Below, in pieces: positions 47,172 to 48,796 of a DNA stretch of 48,796 bases. Position 1 is the first letter of the stretch. Every line of letters starts with the position of its first letter. The DNA lies in the NCBI GenBank assembly GCA_032249055.1, contig JAVVGP010000002.1:1-48796 (forward strand), written 5' to 3'. A program made the position numbers and the translations under genes. Under the pieces are notes generated by a model. That model saw only the letters and a list, made by a program, of their open reading frames with translations. It had not been told where the DNA came from and made no database searches. This DNA is from Thermoproteota archaeon. Its GTDB lineage: Archaea; Thermoproteota; Thermoprotei; Gearchaeales; Gearchaeaceae.

Positions 47172-48794
47172 TTAAAGTACAGTTACGGATTTGGCTAAAT
47201 TCCTTGGTTTATCAGGGTCGAGTCCTTTTAATACTGCAGTATAATATGCTAAAAGCTGTAAAGGTAAAATGTATAAAATAGGTGTAATTATGCTATTCAT
47301 TTTAGGCATTCCTATGAATATATTGCTTAAAGATCTTATTTCTTCATCATCTTCTTCTGCTAAAGCAATTATTTCTGCTCCTCTTGCTTTCATTTCCATT
47401 ATATTTCCAATTATTTGCTTCCTTGTTTCATCCTTAGGAGCTATAAAAATAACTGGCACTCCTTCTTCTATCAAGCTTATTGGTCCATGCTTAGATTCTC
47501 CTGCAGGATAGGCTGTTGAAGGAATATATGCTATTTCTAAAAGCTTTAATCTTCCTTCCAAAGCTGTTCCATAATTTAATCCTCTAGCTAAAAAGAATAC
47601 ATGGTTCTTATTCATTATTTTCTTTGCTACTTCCTTTACTTCTTTGCTTTTTTCTTTTAAAATTTTTCCTGCTAAAATTGGTATTTCGCTAAGAGTTTCT
47701 TTCATTTCATCCATTTCATATTGTGAAATTTTTCCTCTTTTTTTAGCTAAATTCAAAGCTAAAAGTAAATGTATTATTAGCTGCGATGTATATGTTTTAG
47801 TAGCAGCTACTCCTATTTCGGGTCCTGATTGTTGCAAAACATATGCTCTTGCTACTCTTGTTAAAGTTGAACCTATTACATTACAAATAGCTAATATTGT
47901 ACATGCTCTTTTTCTTGCAAAATCTACTGCATTTAATACATCAGCTGTTTCTCCTGATTGAGAAACAAACAATATTGCTGTGTTAATATCTATTGAGGAG
48001 CCATAATTTTCTATGAATTCTGAAGCTATTACAGGAATTGTAGTAATTGTAGCAAGCTTTGAATAATAATATGAACCTACAACACATGAATGATATGAAG
48101 TTCCTGCTCCTACTAAAAATACTTTATTTGCTTTATCTATAAATTCTGAAATTAAATCTAAATAAATCTTTTGAGCATTTAAAGACCATCTCATAGATGT
48201 TTCTTGTTCCATTATTTCCTTTAGCATATAATGATCATAACCTTCCTTGCTTGCTTGTTCCAAGCTCCAATTTAAAATTATAGGCTTTCTATTAACCTTT
48301 ATTTTACCTTCTAATTTGTATATTTCATAACCATTAAGAGAAATTATTGCTATTTCGTTATCTTCTAAAGGAATGCATTCCTTAGTTTTATCTATAAAAG
48401 CTATAGTATCTGAGGAAGCAAAATTGAATTCTTTTCCTATTCCTAATAATAAAGGAGCACCGTTTCTTGCAAGGAAAATTTTATCTGGTTCATAAATTGT
48501 AATTACCGCAATAGCATATGAGCCTTGCAATCTTTTTATAGCTTGTATAAAAGCTTCTTTAAAATCTTTTGTTAGCTTGTAATATTCTTCAATTAAATGT
48601 ACTATTACTTCTGTATCTGTTCTTGAAACAAATTTATGATTGAGCTGTTCAAGTTCCTGCTTTAACTCCAGAAAATTTTCTATTATTCCATTATGGACTA
48701 TTGCTATGTTTTTAGTACAATCTAAATGAGGATGGGCATTGATCTGTGAAGGAGCACCATGTGTTGCCCATCTTGTATGAGCTATACCAATGTT
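47172..48794 (-). CDS. glmS: glutamine--fructose-6-phosphate aminotransferase (isomerizing), N-terminus beyond the right edge
   Basis: The track ORF starts at an internal Met. The same frame stays open to the window edge and reads NIGIAHTRWATHGAPSQINAHPHLDCTKNIAIVHNGIIENF...SRTDTEVIVHLIEE (glutaminase domain). Two SIS domains follow, and the protein ends in KPRNLAKSVTVL. Confidence 0.9.
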   Translation of the reverse strand, partial: NIGIAHTRWATHGAPSQINAHPHLDCTKNIAIVHNGIIENFLELKQELEQLNHKFVSRTDTEVIVHLIEEYYKLTKDFKEAFIQAIKRLQGSYAIAVITIYEPDKIFLARNGAPLLLGIGKEFNFASSDTIAFIDKTKECIPLEDNEIAIISLNGYEIYKLEGKIKVNRKPIILNWSLEQASKEGYDHYMLKEIMEQETSMRWSLNAQKIYLDLISEFIDKANKVFLVGAGTSYHSCVVGSYYYSKLATITTIPVIASEFIENYGSSIDINTAILFVSQSGETADVLNAVDFARKRACTILAICNVIGSTLTRVARAYVLQQSGPEIGVAATKTYTSQLIIHLLLALNLAKKRGKISQYEMDEMKETLSEIPILAGKILKEKSKEVKEVAKKIMNKNHVFFLARGLNYGTALEGRLKLLEIAYIPSTAYPAGESKHGPISLIEEGVPVIFIAPKDETRKQIIGNIMEMKARGAEIIALAEEDDEEIRSLSNIFIGMPKMNSIITPILYILPLQLLAYYTAVLKGLDPDKPRNLAKSVTVL

Positions 48795-48796
48795 TC

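Noticed and set aside
2-47961. All plus-strand ORFs in the supplied track (e.g. 2..223, 3326..3544, 8489..8746, 11450..11710, 15047..15508, 32487..32846, 38904..39188, 47644..47961).
   Set aside because: Each lies antisense inside a well-supported minus-strand gene. They have low-complexity or hydrophobic translations and no recognisable motifs, as expected for chance ORFs in AT-rich DNA.
1-48796. Search for CRISPR arrays, rRNA/tRNA genes, IS elements, transposases or integrases.
   Set aside because: I noticed no regularly spaced short repeats, no GC-rich structured-RNA-like blocks outside coding regions, and no ORF with transposase or integrase motifs.

Overview
This is an AT-rich archaeal-type chromosomal segment, by eye about 30% GC or lower outside one island. 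Every credible gene lies on the minus strand, often with 1-14 nt start/stop overlaps. All long plus-strand ORFs in the track look like antisense artefacts.

The window is essentially one very large cell-envelope glycosylation supercluster:
- about 11 GT-B (GT4-like) glycosyltransferases
- 2 GT2 enzymes, one of them frameshifted
- 3-4 SAM methyltransferases
- an AsnB-type amidotransferase
- a NodU/CmcH carbamoyltransferase
- 2 SDR epimerase/dehydratases
- a Gfo/Idh/MocA dehydrogenase and a hexapeptide acetyltransferase
- a partial glmS at the right edge
- five polytopic GT-C-like membrane proteins

Three other blocks interrupt or adjoin the cluster:
1. A higher-GC island (about 14.6-18.1 kb) with two paralogous archaeal AAA ATPases flanking a HEPN/nucleotidyltransferase pair, plus a retropepsin-like protease.
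2. An 8-gene MoxR-DUF58 envelope operon (22.5-30.1 kb).
3. A 9.9-kb cassette of four tandem AglB/STT3-like GT-C paralogues plus a GT4. It is bracketed by ~0.6-kb direct repeats, each made of a 113-aa gene, its promoter and the 3' end of the carbamoyltransferase gene. In the lower copy that 3' end has decayed to a pseudogene remnant.

I found no rRNA, tRNA, CRISPR array or transposase. All family assignments come from motif recognition by eye; no database search was run.
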